From: a virus
Direction: 5' to 3' (one strand)
Length of the DNA stretch: 64,000 nucleotides
Virus record (IMG/VR): IMGVR_UViG_3300045988_148153
Coordinates: 1-64,000 of that record
The position numbers and the translations under genes were made by a program. Positions 25,849 through 34,669 of the stretch are shown piece by piece. Every line of letters begins with the position of its first letter. Position 1 is the first letter of the stretch. Below the pieces are notes generated by a model. It searched no databases. It saw only the letters and a program-made list of their open reading frames with translations, and had not been told where the DNA came from.

Positions 25849-25896
25849 CAAATATATGGTGTATTTTCTAAATAATCAAATAAAATATTAGAAAAT
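25849..25896 (-). promoter_or_regulatory. -7 box TATATTTG plus inverted repeat ATTTTCTAA-N16-TTAGAAAAT
   Basis: caaatata at 25849-25856. Half-sites at 25863-25871 and 25888-25896 (perfect). Confidence 0.65.
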
Positions 25897-25924
25897 TACC
25901 GTGATTTGCACGAAATGTCTGTAT

Positions 25925-26119
25925 CTAAATAACGCTCTTCTGCTTTTTGATAAGATGTCTGTTTAGCGCTTTCAAGTCAAAAGGTTTTTGTGTAATGATA
26001 GAGTTGGTTTTAATGATTGTCATACTCTCTCTTCCTACTAATTTCATTATTTCTATTTTTTCATACTGTATGTCTCTGATTATTTTTGAAAGTCTATTCC
26101 TTATGGTGTTTATGTCCAT
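25925..26119 (-). CDS. small protein, paralog of 27891-28082
   Basis: Shared pattern R-x-R-L-x-x-I-x-x-DIQ-x-EK-x-EIM ... KP-x-FDL-x-x-LN. Confidence 0.45.
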   Translation of the reverse strand: MDINTIRNRLSKIIRDIQYEKIEIMKLVGRESMTIIKTNSIITQKPFDLKALNRHLIKKQKSVI

Positions 26120-26309
26120 AGCTCTACTTTTTTAAGGTAAGACATAGGGAAATGTCGCCTGATGTGGCGGTTAACGACAACACTATGCCTATTTAATCTT
26201 GTTCCAGTGCAACCGCCACGGAGCAATGGTAAGACAACGTTGTTTACAAAACAAACTTACGCATTTTTAGCTGTTGTTCAAAACATAGCCTTGCTATTAT
26301 TTCATTTTT

Positions 26310-27089
26310 CTATTGATTGATAGAGCTATTCAGAAACTTATTTACGAAGTAGACCTGCCCTTTTCCCGTAAGTTTTGTCGTAATTGTAGTATGTAATACT
26401 CCGCCGCTACCTGAGCGTACGCCTTTCTTTATCTCGAACAATCCCTGTTCTACATATTGTTGATTCGGAATGTTGTATCGCTCTCCATGCTTACCTAAAT
26501 ACCCGTTTTCACGCATCCATGCAAATAACCTCTTTTCTCCGATAGGGTATCCATTCTGTGTGATAATCTTTGCTAATTCTCCGATTAAGCAAGAACTATT
26601 CGCTGATTGTACGGCATTGGTAAAAGCTATGGCGGGAGTGGCTTCGGCAACTTTCTGTTCTGCTTCAACTCTCTTTTGGCGTTCCTCTTTCAAATTCTGT
26701 AATGCTTGTATAGCGAAATCCGGATTAGCAAGTAGTTGCTCTATGGTAATATCTGTAGCATAGATTCCATACTTGCGTATTGAAGGTAACACTTCGCCAC
26801 ATACCCAATCTTGAAATTTTTCAGCGTCGGGAAGATTGCTTCTCATTATTAAACGATATACATCCTTTTCAGGAATATATATCATATTTACTCCACCAAT
26901 GCCGTTTTCGTGTGGGTGAAACACCTTTTTGCCTGATTTACAATGCCTTTGTATGGCGTCTGCCGTATCAGAATATCCTAATGCAGCGGCTACATCTTTT
27001 GCACAAAACAAAGGTTCATTGTTTTCGTTCATTATAATTCTTACTTCTCCGAATTGTTCGTTTTTGAAAATCTGAATACTATTTTTCAT
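26310..27089 (-). CDS. Bro-N / KilAC-domain antirepressor
   Basis: N-terminus IQIFKNEQFGEVRII..EPLFCAKDVAAALGY (Bro-N). C-terminus IGELAKII..KRLFAWMRENGYL (KilAC/ANT). Confidence 0.85.
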   Translation of the reverse strand: MKNSIQIFKNEQFGEVRIIMNENNEPLFCAKDVAAALGYSDTADAIQRHCKSGKKVFHPHENGIGGVNMIYIPEKDVYRLIMRSNLPDAEKFQDWVCGEVLPSIRKYGIYATDITIEQLLANPDFAIQALQNLKEERQKRVEAEQKVAEATPAIAFTNAVQSANSSCLIGELAKIITQNGYPIGEKRLFAWMRENGYLGKHGERYNIPNQQYVEQGLFEIKKGVRSGSGGVLHTTITTKLTGKGQVYFVNKFLNSSINQ

Positions 27090-27303
27090 AATGTTGCTTC
27101 TTTATATTAAATGAAAAGGGGAGCACCAGCCTAACCGTATAAAGTGGAAGTTTACGAGTTAGACCGATGTCCCCAAATATCTTTATCTATGCAGAACTTC
27201 CACAAACTGCAACTGTGATAGCTATCTTGTGGGAGCAAAGTTATTAAGCATTTGAATATCAGTCAAATGTTAATTATTCCCCTTTTAATCTTACTTTGAT
27301 AAA

Positions 27304-27343
27304 GATGAAACAGAATGAAACAGCGTGAAATAAAATGAAATTG
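27304..27343. repeat. four helically phased 10-bp TGAAA repeats
   Basis: gatgaaacag aatgaaacag cgtgaaataa aatgaaattg. An inverted 12-bp copy lies at 27409-27422 and the palindrome CTGTATATACAG at 27385-27396. Confidence 0.8.
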
Positions 27344-27516
27344 ATTACATGATAAAAAAGTTACTTTATTCACTAATTTAGATGCTGTATATACAGTACT
27401 CTAATTAACGTTTCATTCTGTTAATTCAATAAGCGGATTATAGTTCCTTGTTAACAAATGGTAATTATTGTGATACTCATAACTTTAAGTTATTAAATAA
27501 TTAATTGTGTAACAGA

Positions 27517-27801
27517 CTATTCCTGCTTAGGTGTTAATCCCATACTTGCCATGTCAAACAAACGTCGTAAGCAATTTGCCGATAGCAAAACCTTCTTTCC
27601 TGATAAGATGTAGTCTTTTTGATGGATAAACCACTTCTCAATAAAGTTTTTACCCTCTTTTTCGTCGGCAAAAAATAATTGGCTTATTTCATTCAGACTG
27701 CACGGATATTCTGCTCCGGCGTTATGCTTGTTTACGACATTACGTACATATTCCTTTATTTTAGGGATAGGGGTGGAGTAGGTGAGCTTATTTGTTTTCA
27801 T
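27517..27801 (-). CDS. hypothetical protein
   Basis: 94-aa ORF. Confidence 0.5.
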   Translation of the reverse strand: MKTNKLTYSTPIPKIKEYVRNVVNKHNAGAEYPCSLNEISQLFFADEKEGKNFIEKWFIHQKDYILSGKKVLLSANCLRRLFDMASMGLTPKQE

Positions 27802-27890
27802 ATTCTTTCCTTTAAATTATAATTTATCTATTGCCAACCCGCCAGCCGTATTACTGGCGGGACATCGTAACATGAACGTTGGTCGAAACC

Positions 27891-28082
27891 TCAACATGCA
27901 TCTATGCTAACATGTGGCAATATATTCTTATTAAGTCTTCTAAGGTCAAAATTCGGTTTAGAAGCATTTGGGTTGCATTTTTTGACAGACATAGGAGATA
28001 GCATCCTCATTATTTCCAACTTCTCCTTCTGTATATCGAGTATAACTTCATCCAGTCGCTTTCTTAATTCTTCCATATTCAT
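27891..28082 (-). CDS. small protein, paralog of 25925-26119
   Basis: See 25925-26119. Confidence 0.45.
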   Translation of the reverse strand: MNMEELRKRLDEVILDIQKEKLEIMRMLSPMSVKKCNPNASKPNFDLRRLNKNILPHVSIDAC

Positions 28083-28144
28083 TTTGGGTATAGTTGTGGC
28101 TGTCGGGCATTGGAACCGACTGCCGGATGATTAAAATAGCGTGA

Positions 28145-28461
28145 TTAGTATTTTCTCATGCAGACAACGAGTAAGGTTATAATGGATATAACAACGCTTA
28201 TAATAGCCAATGTTAAATTCCAGTTTATAGGATTGTATAAACGAGGGTCTCAAACAGATATTCTTTTCCAAATTGAGTAAGACGTATATCCCAGACTTCA
28301 CCATTAACCAAATATGTGCACCTTACAAGCCCTTTGTCTTGCAGGGAATGTGCGGTATGTGAATACCCTTTACGTACTACATTACCGGGAGCATTGGCAA
28401 AGTTCGTATTTAATATACGTATCACTTCCTTTTCTGATTTGGAAAGTCTTATTCGTTCCAT
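28145..28461 (-). pseudogene. winged-helix protein, frameshifted paralog of 28449-28796
   Basis: The 78-aa ORF ends at 28225, but the +2 frame continues as NPINWNLTLAIISVVISIITLLVVCMRKY. That matches the TM tail of the paralog. Confidence 0.45.
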
Positions 28462-28796
28462 AACCTCTCATTCAATAAGGTACATCCAACAAACAACGCA
28501 AGTAATGTAGATACGGCGGTAATCGTTGAAAGAACAATCAAGATGATGTCTCTCCACGGAATAGGATTTTTCAGCATGGGGTTGTATTCCATGTATGCCT
28601 TTCCTTTTATTGTAAGTTTTGCCATATACACTACTCCGTCTTCGTCAGCCTTATATGATACAAGTCCTTTTTCTTTCAGAAGGTCAAGGGTTGTCACAAA
28701 TAGAAATGGAGAACAGTTCAATGGTAGCTTCTTGCCATTGATGCTGACACTTCTGAACACAGCCTTTTCTTCTTTTGACAACCTTATACGTTCCAT
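28449..28796 (-). CDS. winged-helix protein with C-terminal TM anchor
   Basis: MERIRLSKEEKAVFR..LLKEKGLV (MarR-like wHTH) plus a hydrophobic C-terminal helix. Confidence 0.5.
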   Translation of the reverse strand: MERIRLSKEEKAVFRSVSINGKKLPLNCSPFLFVTTLDLLKEKGLVSYKADEDGVVYMAKLTIKGKAYMEYNPMLKNPIPWRDIILIVLSTITAVSTLLALFVGCTLLNERLWNE

Positions 28797-28843
28797 AACC
28801 TACTCGTTTTCTGCAAATTTACTAAATAATACGCAAAAACATG

Positions 28844-29692
28844 TTATGCAGCAGGGTCAATTTCACCCTTAATCTGCTTGATGGCTCTCCTCGCATTCCA
28901 CTCGTTTTCGTACAAGGCGATAATGAAGCGTCTGCCCCTTTCAGTCCATACCGTATATACATTGGTTCCTATCGAACCGTCCGAACGAGTATATGTCTGG
29001 GTACGGGTGGAGTGTAATCCCCAAGTAGAGTAGGGAGAGTGGAGTAACCATTGTCCCGATTGGCGATAGATAATTCCTGCTTCCTTTAGTTTCTTGTGCA
29101 GTTTCTCTGCGTCCATTCCTATCTGCTTGGCGATTTGTGTGCTCGTCAGAGTATTTACGCTTTGCAGGTGATTGTTGTAGTAGGTGACTTTGGGAGCCGC
29201 TTCCTTGATTTCCTTGTCTTGCAGTTCGATGGTGGCTTGCTGTTGCTCCGTTTCAGCTTCAAGCTGCTTTAACCGTTCCTCTCTTTTTGCAAGCGTGGCT
29301 TGTGCGATGGTTAGCGCACGTGCCATGATTTCTTCGGGAGTATCGTTTGGGACGGTGGAGATGTAGCCGCCAGTGGTTCGTACTTCGTGAAGGATTTGTT
29401 TAACTCCTTTCTTGAATTGTTTGGCGATTGGCTTGCGGGATTGCATGAGGACTTCGTATAATCCCCCTTCTGTAAGCATCCAAACTTGCTGATTTCCACC
29501 GGGGGTTACGAATTGTGTAACACCTTTCTCGTCATCATCTACTAAAGACAACATGTGAGAAATGTTGTTGTGATTAATAACTTCTGCTACATCTTTTGCA
29601 CGAAACAGAGGTTCCTCAACTGTTCCGTAAACAGTGAATTGCCGTCCACACAATTCTGTTTGTTTTAGGACTTGAATAGGATTTGTTAGCAT
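28844..29692 (-). CDS. Bro-N / KilAC-domain antirepressor (second copy)
   Basis: The likely start is MLTNPIQV at 29692. Bro-N (FRAKDVAEVI) and KilAC (TQIAKQIGMDAEKLHKKLKEAGII) regions. Confidence 0.8.
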   Translation of the reverse strand: MLTNPIQVLKQTELCGRQFTVYGTVEEPLFRAKDVAEVINHNNISHMLSLVDDDEKGVTQFVTPGGNQQVWMLTEGGLYEVLMQSRKPIAKQFKKGVKQILHEVRTTGGYISTVPNDTPEEIMARALTIAQATLAKREERLKQLEAETEQQQATIELQDKEIKEAAPKVTYYNNHLQSVNTLTSTQIAKQIGMDAEKLHKKLKEAGIIYRQSGQWLLHSPYSTWGLHSTRTQTYTRSDGSIGTNVYTVWTERGRRFIIALYENEWNARRAIKQIKGEIDPAA

Positions 29693-29780
29693 AACAAAAA
29701 AAATGCACCTACTACGAGCTGCTAACAAATCCATAAGATTAATGTCGGAGGCGTTTCCGCTACTCCACTCGGTAGGTGCA
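29679..29780 (-). promoter_or_regulatory. structured leader sequestering the antirepressor start codon
   Basis: GGATTTGTTAGCA (29679-29691, contains the ATG) is the exact complement of 29720-29732. 29704-29718 pairs with 29768-29780. A U8 tract lies on the mRNA at 29696-29703. Confidence 0.6.
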
Positions 29781-29946
29781 ATATCTTTAAAGTATGATAT
29801 TACTATAATATGTCTTGGCAAAAAAAATAACTCTATATGGTAGAGCCATAAGAGTTTGCCTCTCTTATGAACTTGTTAGCACTGCAAAGATAGATATAAT
29901 CTTTAAAGATGCAAACTTCTTATAAGAAAATCAACTGTTTATGTGA

Positions 29947-29990
29947 ATTTTCTAAGTTTTTATGCGAATATATAGAAAATTTTCTATTTG
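29947..29990. promoter_or_regulatory. divergent promoter/operator of the accessory island
   Basis: ATTTTCTAA-N16-ATAGAAAAT (29947-29980) encloses TGCGAATATA. A TCTATTTG -7-like box on the plus strand lies at 29983-29990. Confidence 0.5.
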
Positions 29991-30112
29991 CCACAAGTTT
30001 GATATATTATAAAAGCATAAACATGTTACATAACATACCCAATATAATTACAACAGATGTTAATAAAGACGTATCTTTGCTGCATGTTTGAATAAATAAT
30101 AAAAAAAGTAGT

Positions 30113-30595
30113 ATGGAAGGTTTTATAATGGTACTTGTTTATATTGTCTCATTGGTATGGGCAATTCTTAGCATTATACTTTTCTTTAAAGTATGGGGAA
30201 TGACAAATAGGGTAATTGACATTCAAAATCTATTTGAAAAGCACTCTAAGAATGTTGATGATAAATTAGGGGGGCTAATTGCAACATTAGAAAAGATGAA
30301 AGAAGCGCCAAAAATAGAATTAAATTCCAATAAAACGGAAATCAAACATCCGGAAGGTTGTGAGACAAATGTGGTTAAAAACACTACTATGAGTGTAATA
30401 AAGAGAAGAGAAGCCAAGGTGTTGTCGCAAAAAATAGAAAAGGAGATTGATAAATCTTCTAATGAGTTTAAGCAAAAATTACATAAGTGGCAGGTTTTAA
30501 AAGAAAAAGGTTTTATAGAACAAGCTATTGAAGAATATCAAGAATATACAGGTCTTGATTATGATGAAGCTGTTGAATTTGTTAAAGAATTATAA
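30113..30595 (+). CDS. membrane-anchored protein
   Basis: N-terminal TM helix, charged coiled region, C-terminus YTGLDYDEAVEFVKEL. Confidence 0.5.
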   Translation: MEGFIMVLVYIVSLVWAILSIILFFKVWGMTNRVIDIQNLFEKHSKNVDDKLGGLIATLEKMKEAPKIELNSNKTEIKHPEGCETNVVKNTTMSVIKRREAKVLSQKIEKEIDKSSNEFKQKLHKWQVLKEKGFIEQAIEEYQEYTGLDYDEAVEFVKEL

Positions 30596-30625
30596 TAACT
30601 ATTTATGTTTTAATTTTAGATTAAT

Positions 30626-31651
30626 ATGAGCCAAGAACAACAGAATAATGGCATGTCAGGAACTGGTTGTGCGATACTTTTAGTAGGGATAATAGTTTTT
30701 GCCATTTTGCTATTTTCAGACCATTATATTTGGGGAGCTATTGTTCTCGGAGTTACTACTGCTATATCGCAAGCTGTAAGCAATTCAGATAAGAGAGAAG
30801 AAAGAGAAGAGGAGCGGAGGGAATTGCAAAAGAAAAAAGAATTGGAAGCCCAAAAAAGAAGTGAGAAAGAAGAATTAGAAAAAGAGGAAAGAATAAAAGA
30901 ATACGGTGAAATATCCTATGAATATCAGTCTAAATGTCCGTATTCCAAAATAGAAGTGTACGAATCAACTCAAGTCGTATATCTTAAATACGGAGAAGAA
31001 GTATGGATGTTTAATTTTTCTGACATTATAAAAGTAGATATATATGAAGATGGGAGAATTAGCTCATCTATTACTTCTACAAGTGGAACATCAAAAGCTA
31101 AAACTTCAAGCATGATAGGTCGGGCAGCCGTAGGAGGTGTGCTTTTAGGTGGTGCAGGAGCAGTTATTGGAGGAGCTACTGGTAAAAGAGAACTTGGAGA
31201 AACTTCTACCACAAAAACGCAAGAAGTAGTTGTTTACTCAATGGTTATAACGATTAATAATTTATCAATGCCAACTATCCAAATAAAAGCGAAGTATGAG
31301 GAAGCCAAAGAATTTATAAAAAGAGTAAGCTCCGTATTGTCTATCATAATAGAAAGGCAGGATAAAGGGACTGACAACAATACCAAAATACAGATATTAC
31401 ATGAGGGGAATGAATATTCAGAAGTAAATATTGATATATTAAAATTGCTATCTGATACTTATGGGGAAGGTAGAATAAAAGGGTTACCAAAAGCTCTTGA
31501 ATTATACAAAGAAAAAATAAACAAAGATGGTTCTAATTTTACTGAATATTTGGAAGAATTGGTTATGTCAGATGATGAAATATTATCAGACAACGAAAAG
31601 AATACACTATTGTCTGATATATCCTTTGTAAAACGAATGAATAATAGATAA
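30626..31651 (+). CDS. membrane protein with coiled coil and glycine-zipper segment
   Basis: N-terminal TM hairpin, an EK-rich stretch, GRAAVGGVLLGGAGAVIGGATGK. Confidence 0.5.
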   Translation: MSQEQQNNGMSGTGCAILLVGIIVFAILLFSDHYIWGAIVLGVTTAISQAVSNSDKREEREEERRELQKKKELEAQKRSEKEELEKEERIKEYGEISYEYQSKCPYSKIEVYESTQVVYLKYGEEVWMFNFSDIIKVDIYEDGRISSSITSTSGTSKAKTSSMIGRAAVGGVLLGGAGAVIGGATGKRELGETSTTKTQEVVVYSMVITINNLSMPTIQIKAKYEEAKEFIKRVSSVLSIIIERQDKGTDNNTKIQILHEGNEYSEVNIDILKLLSDTYGEGRIKGLPKALELYKEKINKDGSNFTEYLEELVMSDDEILSDNEKNTLLSDISFVKRMNNR

Positions 31652-31673
31652 TCTTTTTATTGTGAGATTGCAT

Positions 31674-31704
31674 ATCCCCGTTCCTCATGGTTCGGGGATT
31701 TTTA
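31674..31704 (+). terminator. intrinsic terminator
   Basis: ATCCCCG-N12-CGGGGAT followed by TTTT. Confidence 0.7.
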
Positions 31705-31812
31705 TGTTTTATATGTAATAAAAACACTACAATAAAATTGAATTAATATAATGTTTAATTAAAATTAAACCTTTAACTTTGCCGCACATTAATTAACTAA
31801 AACACATGCTTT

Positions 31813-32196
31813 ATGAAAAAGTTTTTGATTTTATTATGCTCTGTTTTCTTGTTTTCATCATGTATGAGCATATTTTCAAGCTCTAAACAATCTATCACTT
31901 TTATGGGAGAGAACGGCACAAGGCTGTATGACGGAACTAATAATGTGAAATTGGCAGAAATAAAAGAAGGTGGCTCTGCTACAGTAAAAATTAAGAAAAA
32001 ACTGTCAGACAAAACGATTATTGCGAAAAAAGAAGGTTTTAAGGATACACCTTTCGTTATAGAATCTTCGTTTAATGCTAAATCTTTGTGGAATATATTA
32101 TTTTGGCCAGGTTTTTTGATTGACCTCGGAACGGGGAAGATTAATAAATACGACCCTGTTATTTACAATATAGAAATGGACGATAAGAGTAATTAA
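31813..32196 (+). CDS. lipoprotein
   Basis: Signal peptide MKKFLILLCSVFLFSSC with a lipobox Cys. Confidence 0.7.
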   Translation: MKKFLILLCSVFLFSSCMSIFSSSKQSITFMGENGTRLYDGTNNVKLAEIKEGGSATVKIKKKLSDKTIIAKKEGFKDTPFVIESSFNAKSLWNILFWPGFLIDLGTGKINKYDPVIYNIEMDDKSN

Positions 32197-32219
32197 TAGC
32201 AATATCTAAATAAATAATA

Positions 32220-32612
32220 ATGAAAAAGATTTTATTTTTACTGGCAATGCTGCCAATGTTTGTTTTTAGTGCGTGTTCGGATGATGATGATTTTGACTAT
32301 CCAATGGAAACCTTATACGGTACATGGGATGTGACGGATGTAAAAGTAGAGGGCAAATGGTATGACGTGACTACATACCCATATACAAGGTTTGGTATGT
32401 CTATATCTTTCAAGTCCGATGGTTCTTTTTATGGTAGAGGCTATTTAGGGAACGGTAGCGGTACATATAAGGCATCAGGAAATACTATTGTTACTTACTT
32501 GGATGGCGAAGAATATATAAGATATACGGTTAAATCCTTGTCAGGTGACAATGCTGAACTTACCATGTCAATGGATGGAGAAAGTCTGGATATTAAGGCT
32601 GAAAAGCAATAA
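32220..32612 (+). CDS. lipocalin-like lipoprotein
   Basis: MKKILFLLAMLPMFVFSAC lipobox. YGTWDVTDVKVEGKWYDV is typical of Bacteroidetes lipocalin-like domains. Confidence 0.7.
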   Translation: MKKILFLLAMLPMFVFSACSDDDDFDYPMETLYGTWDVTDVKVEGKWYDVTTYPYTRFGMSISFKSDGSFYGRGYLGNGSGTYKASGNTIVTYLDGEEYIRYTVKSLSGDNAELTMSMDGESLDIKAEKQ

Positions 32613-32633
32613 GTTAAAATTGAAATAATTATT

Positions 32634-32668
32634 CAAGTCAAGCGGAGTTTTTTCGCTTGACTTGTTTT
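32634..32668. terminator. bidirectional terminator between convergent genes
   Basis: CAAGTCAAGCG-N9-CGCTTGACTTG (11 bp) followed by TTTT. Confidence 0.8.
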
Positions 32669-32680
32669 GTATTAGAGAAA

Positions 32681-33250
32681 CTATTCTGCATGTATTCTTT
32701 CAATCTTTATTCCGTGGGCTTTGAGGTATTCTGTTAATGTTATGGTATTTATTTTTAGAAAGTCACAGATACTTGGTAGCTTTTGGAATAATTTACCGTC
32801 ATTTTGTGATTTTGTTTCTTCTGTAAGAACACTTATGCCGGCTGGCATAATTTTATATTGTTCCTTGTGATACATGCAATATATAATAATGCGCCCATCG
32901 CCAGATTTTAGAAACTCCTCTTTTTGCAAAACATACTCTTCTTCCGTAAGTTCATTTTTTAGTAGCCTTACACAAAAATTATTATCAACAAGGTTATGGA
33001 ACTTCTTAGGAGAGGGGAGAAAAATCTCTGTAGTGTTTACGGCATACTTCACTTCTTTTAAATAAGGCATAGCTTTTATTGCAATACCTTGCGATGTATA
33101 TATAGCTTCCTGCTGAATAGCATCTAATAAGATGATTTCACCAGTCTCCAAGCCTTTCTTAATGAAATTAGTTAATATTCCATTTATATCTAATGGCAAA
33201 TAGTATCTTGCCATTGCTACCAACGAACAAGTATCTATTACTATTGCCAT
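32681..33250 (-). CDS. DUF4411 PIN-like nuclease
   Basis: IVIDTCSLVAMARYY at the N-terminus and VLTEETKS...KLPSICDFLKINTITLTEYL at the C-terminus match the remembered DUF4411 pattern. Confidence 0.65.
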   Translation of the reverse strand: MAIVIDTCSLVAMARYYLPLDINGILTNFIKKGLETGEIILLDAIQQEAIYTSQGIAIKAMPYLKEVKYAVNTTEIFLPSPKKFHNLVDNNFCVRLLKNELTEEEYVLQKEEFLKSGDGRIIIYCMYHKEQYKIMPAGISVLTEETKSQNDGKLFQKLPSICDFLKINTITLTEYLKAHGIKIERIHAE

Positions 33251-34380
33251 AATATTTTTTCAAATTTCTCAGGTTTGATATTTAGACGCTTGCAAAATGT
33301 CATTTCATTAACAATTCCCTTAAAATAAGCATACTGCATGGATTTTAAGAATAAGGGAGAAAGAATTGGTTTAGGTGACATCCCAAACCTTTTTTCTTTT
33401 TGTAAGCTTCCTTTTTCTTTGCGTTCCTGATATTCCCGAATAAGGTTGTTTTTAATTATATCGTATTGATTAAAGGTCATTTTTTTATCAATATACAAAC
33501 GGGTGAAAATTGCCAATTTGCTAATATGTGTTTGATTGCTTATATTGGCGATATAATCCATATAGTAATCGTTGTCCGCATTTACTTTGGAAATGATTTC
33601 TAATTTCTTTGCAGCTTCTCCCATTATAAAGTAATATGCAAAATCGTTGCACCATTTCTCTACAACGTTTTGTCGGTTTTCAGCATCTATATTCGCTATA
33701 TCTACCTGCTCTACTTCTTCTTTTCCAAGCATATAATGCCCGAGTTCGTGGGCAAATGTAAATATTTCCCTCTTATAGTGCTTATGACGCTTTAAGACTA
33801 TCATATTAGGCTTTAAATAAAAGCCATCAATATTGGTTTTTTCTTTTTTATTCCAATTTTCAATATATTCAAACACAAAAACATTATGCTCTGCACATTT
33901 ATGAATCATTGCTACGAGAAATTTCTTTGTGTCTTTAATATCCCCCGGATAGAAGTAATTTCGTGCAATACGGGCTATTTCAATGGGGTTATCTTCTATT
34001 GAATAATGGGTTATATTGGGGTGTATATTTAATTTTGAAAGTTTATTGTAAGCGTCAATAGTCTGTTTTAATGTTTCAAATCTATGTATTGTACGTATAG
34101 ATTCATTATTTAACTCTATTCCAAATTTACTTTTTCTGAAAAGTATGCTGTTGCTTTTTGATGTAGTTAATGGAGAAAAATCTGTGTAAAACTCTAATCC
34201 CTTATCAAATATTTTATCTACTTTCTTTAGTAAAGACAAGTCTATCACATTGCAGAAAATATTATCTTTTTGGATTTCTCTTTTTCTTCCCTTGTTAAGT
34301 ATAGACAATAAAGATTCTTCCGACATTCTATATAATGCCAGCAAATAATCTATGCGTTCTTTATTTATCTCTACTTTCAT
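33241..34380 (-). CDS. ImmA/IrrE-family zinc metallopeptidase (COG2856-like)
   Basis: FAHELGHYMLGKEE (HExxH). Overlaps the DUF4411 gene by 10 nt. Confidence 0.7.
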   Translation of the reverse strand: MKVEINKERIDYLLALYRMSEESLLSILNKGRKREIQKDNIFCNVIDLSLLKKVDKIFDKGLEFYTDFSPLTTSKSNSILFRKSKFGIELNNESIRTIHRFETLKQTIDAYNKLSKLNIHPNITHYSIEDNPIEIARIARNYFYPGDIKDTKKFLVAMIHKCAEHNVFVFEYIENWNKKEKTNIDGFYLKPNMIVLKRHKHYKREIFTFAHELGHYMLGKEEVEQVDIANIDAENRQNVVEKWCNDFAYYFIMGEAAKKLEIISKVNADNDYYMDYIANISNQTHISKLAIFTRLYIDKKMTFNQYDIIKNNLIREYQERKEKGSLQKEKRFGMSPKPILSPLFLKSMQYAYFKGIVNEMTFCKRLNIKPEKFEKILWQ

Positions 34381-34669
34381 TAGTTAATTATATTGGAATA
34401 TCAGCGTTCAAAAATACAAAAAACTATTATATAGTTACTTGTTTCCTTTATATTTAACAAAGAAGAATAGGGTTGTTTGATAGTGAAATTTTAGTCTTAA
34501 GACTAATATATAAAGAGTTAATGTGTTAACTTATAGGGAAATACGACTTTAAAAAACAATGTGTATTAGAGAACGTTATAATAATATGCTTTTAAACATG
34601 CAAATTTTCATTAGAGGTATATATTATATTTAGATTTTCACTATTTTTGTTATAAAATAAAGCGGCTAT

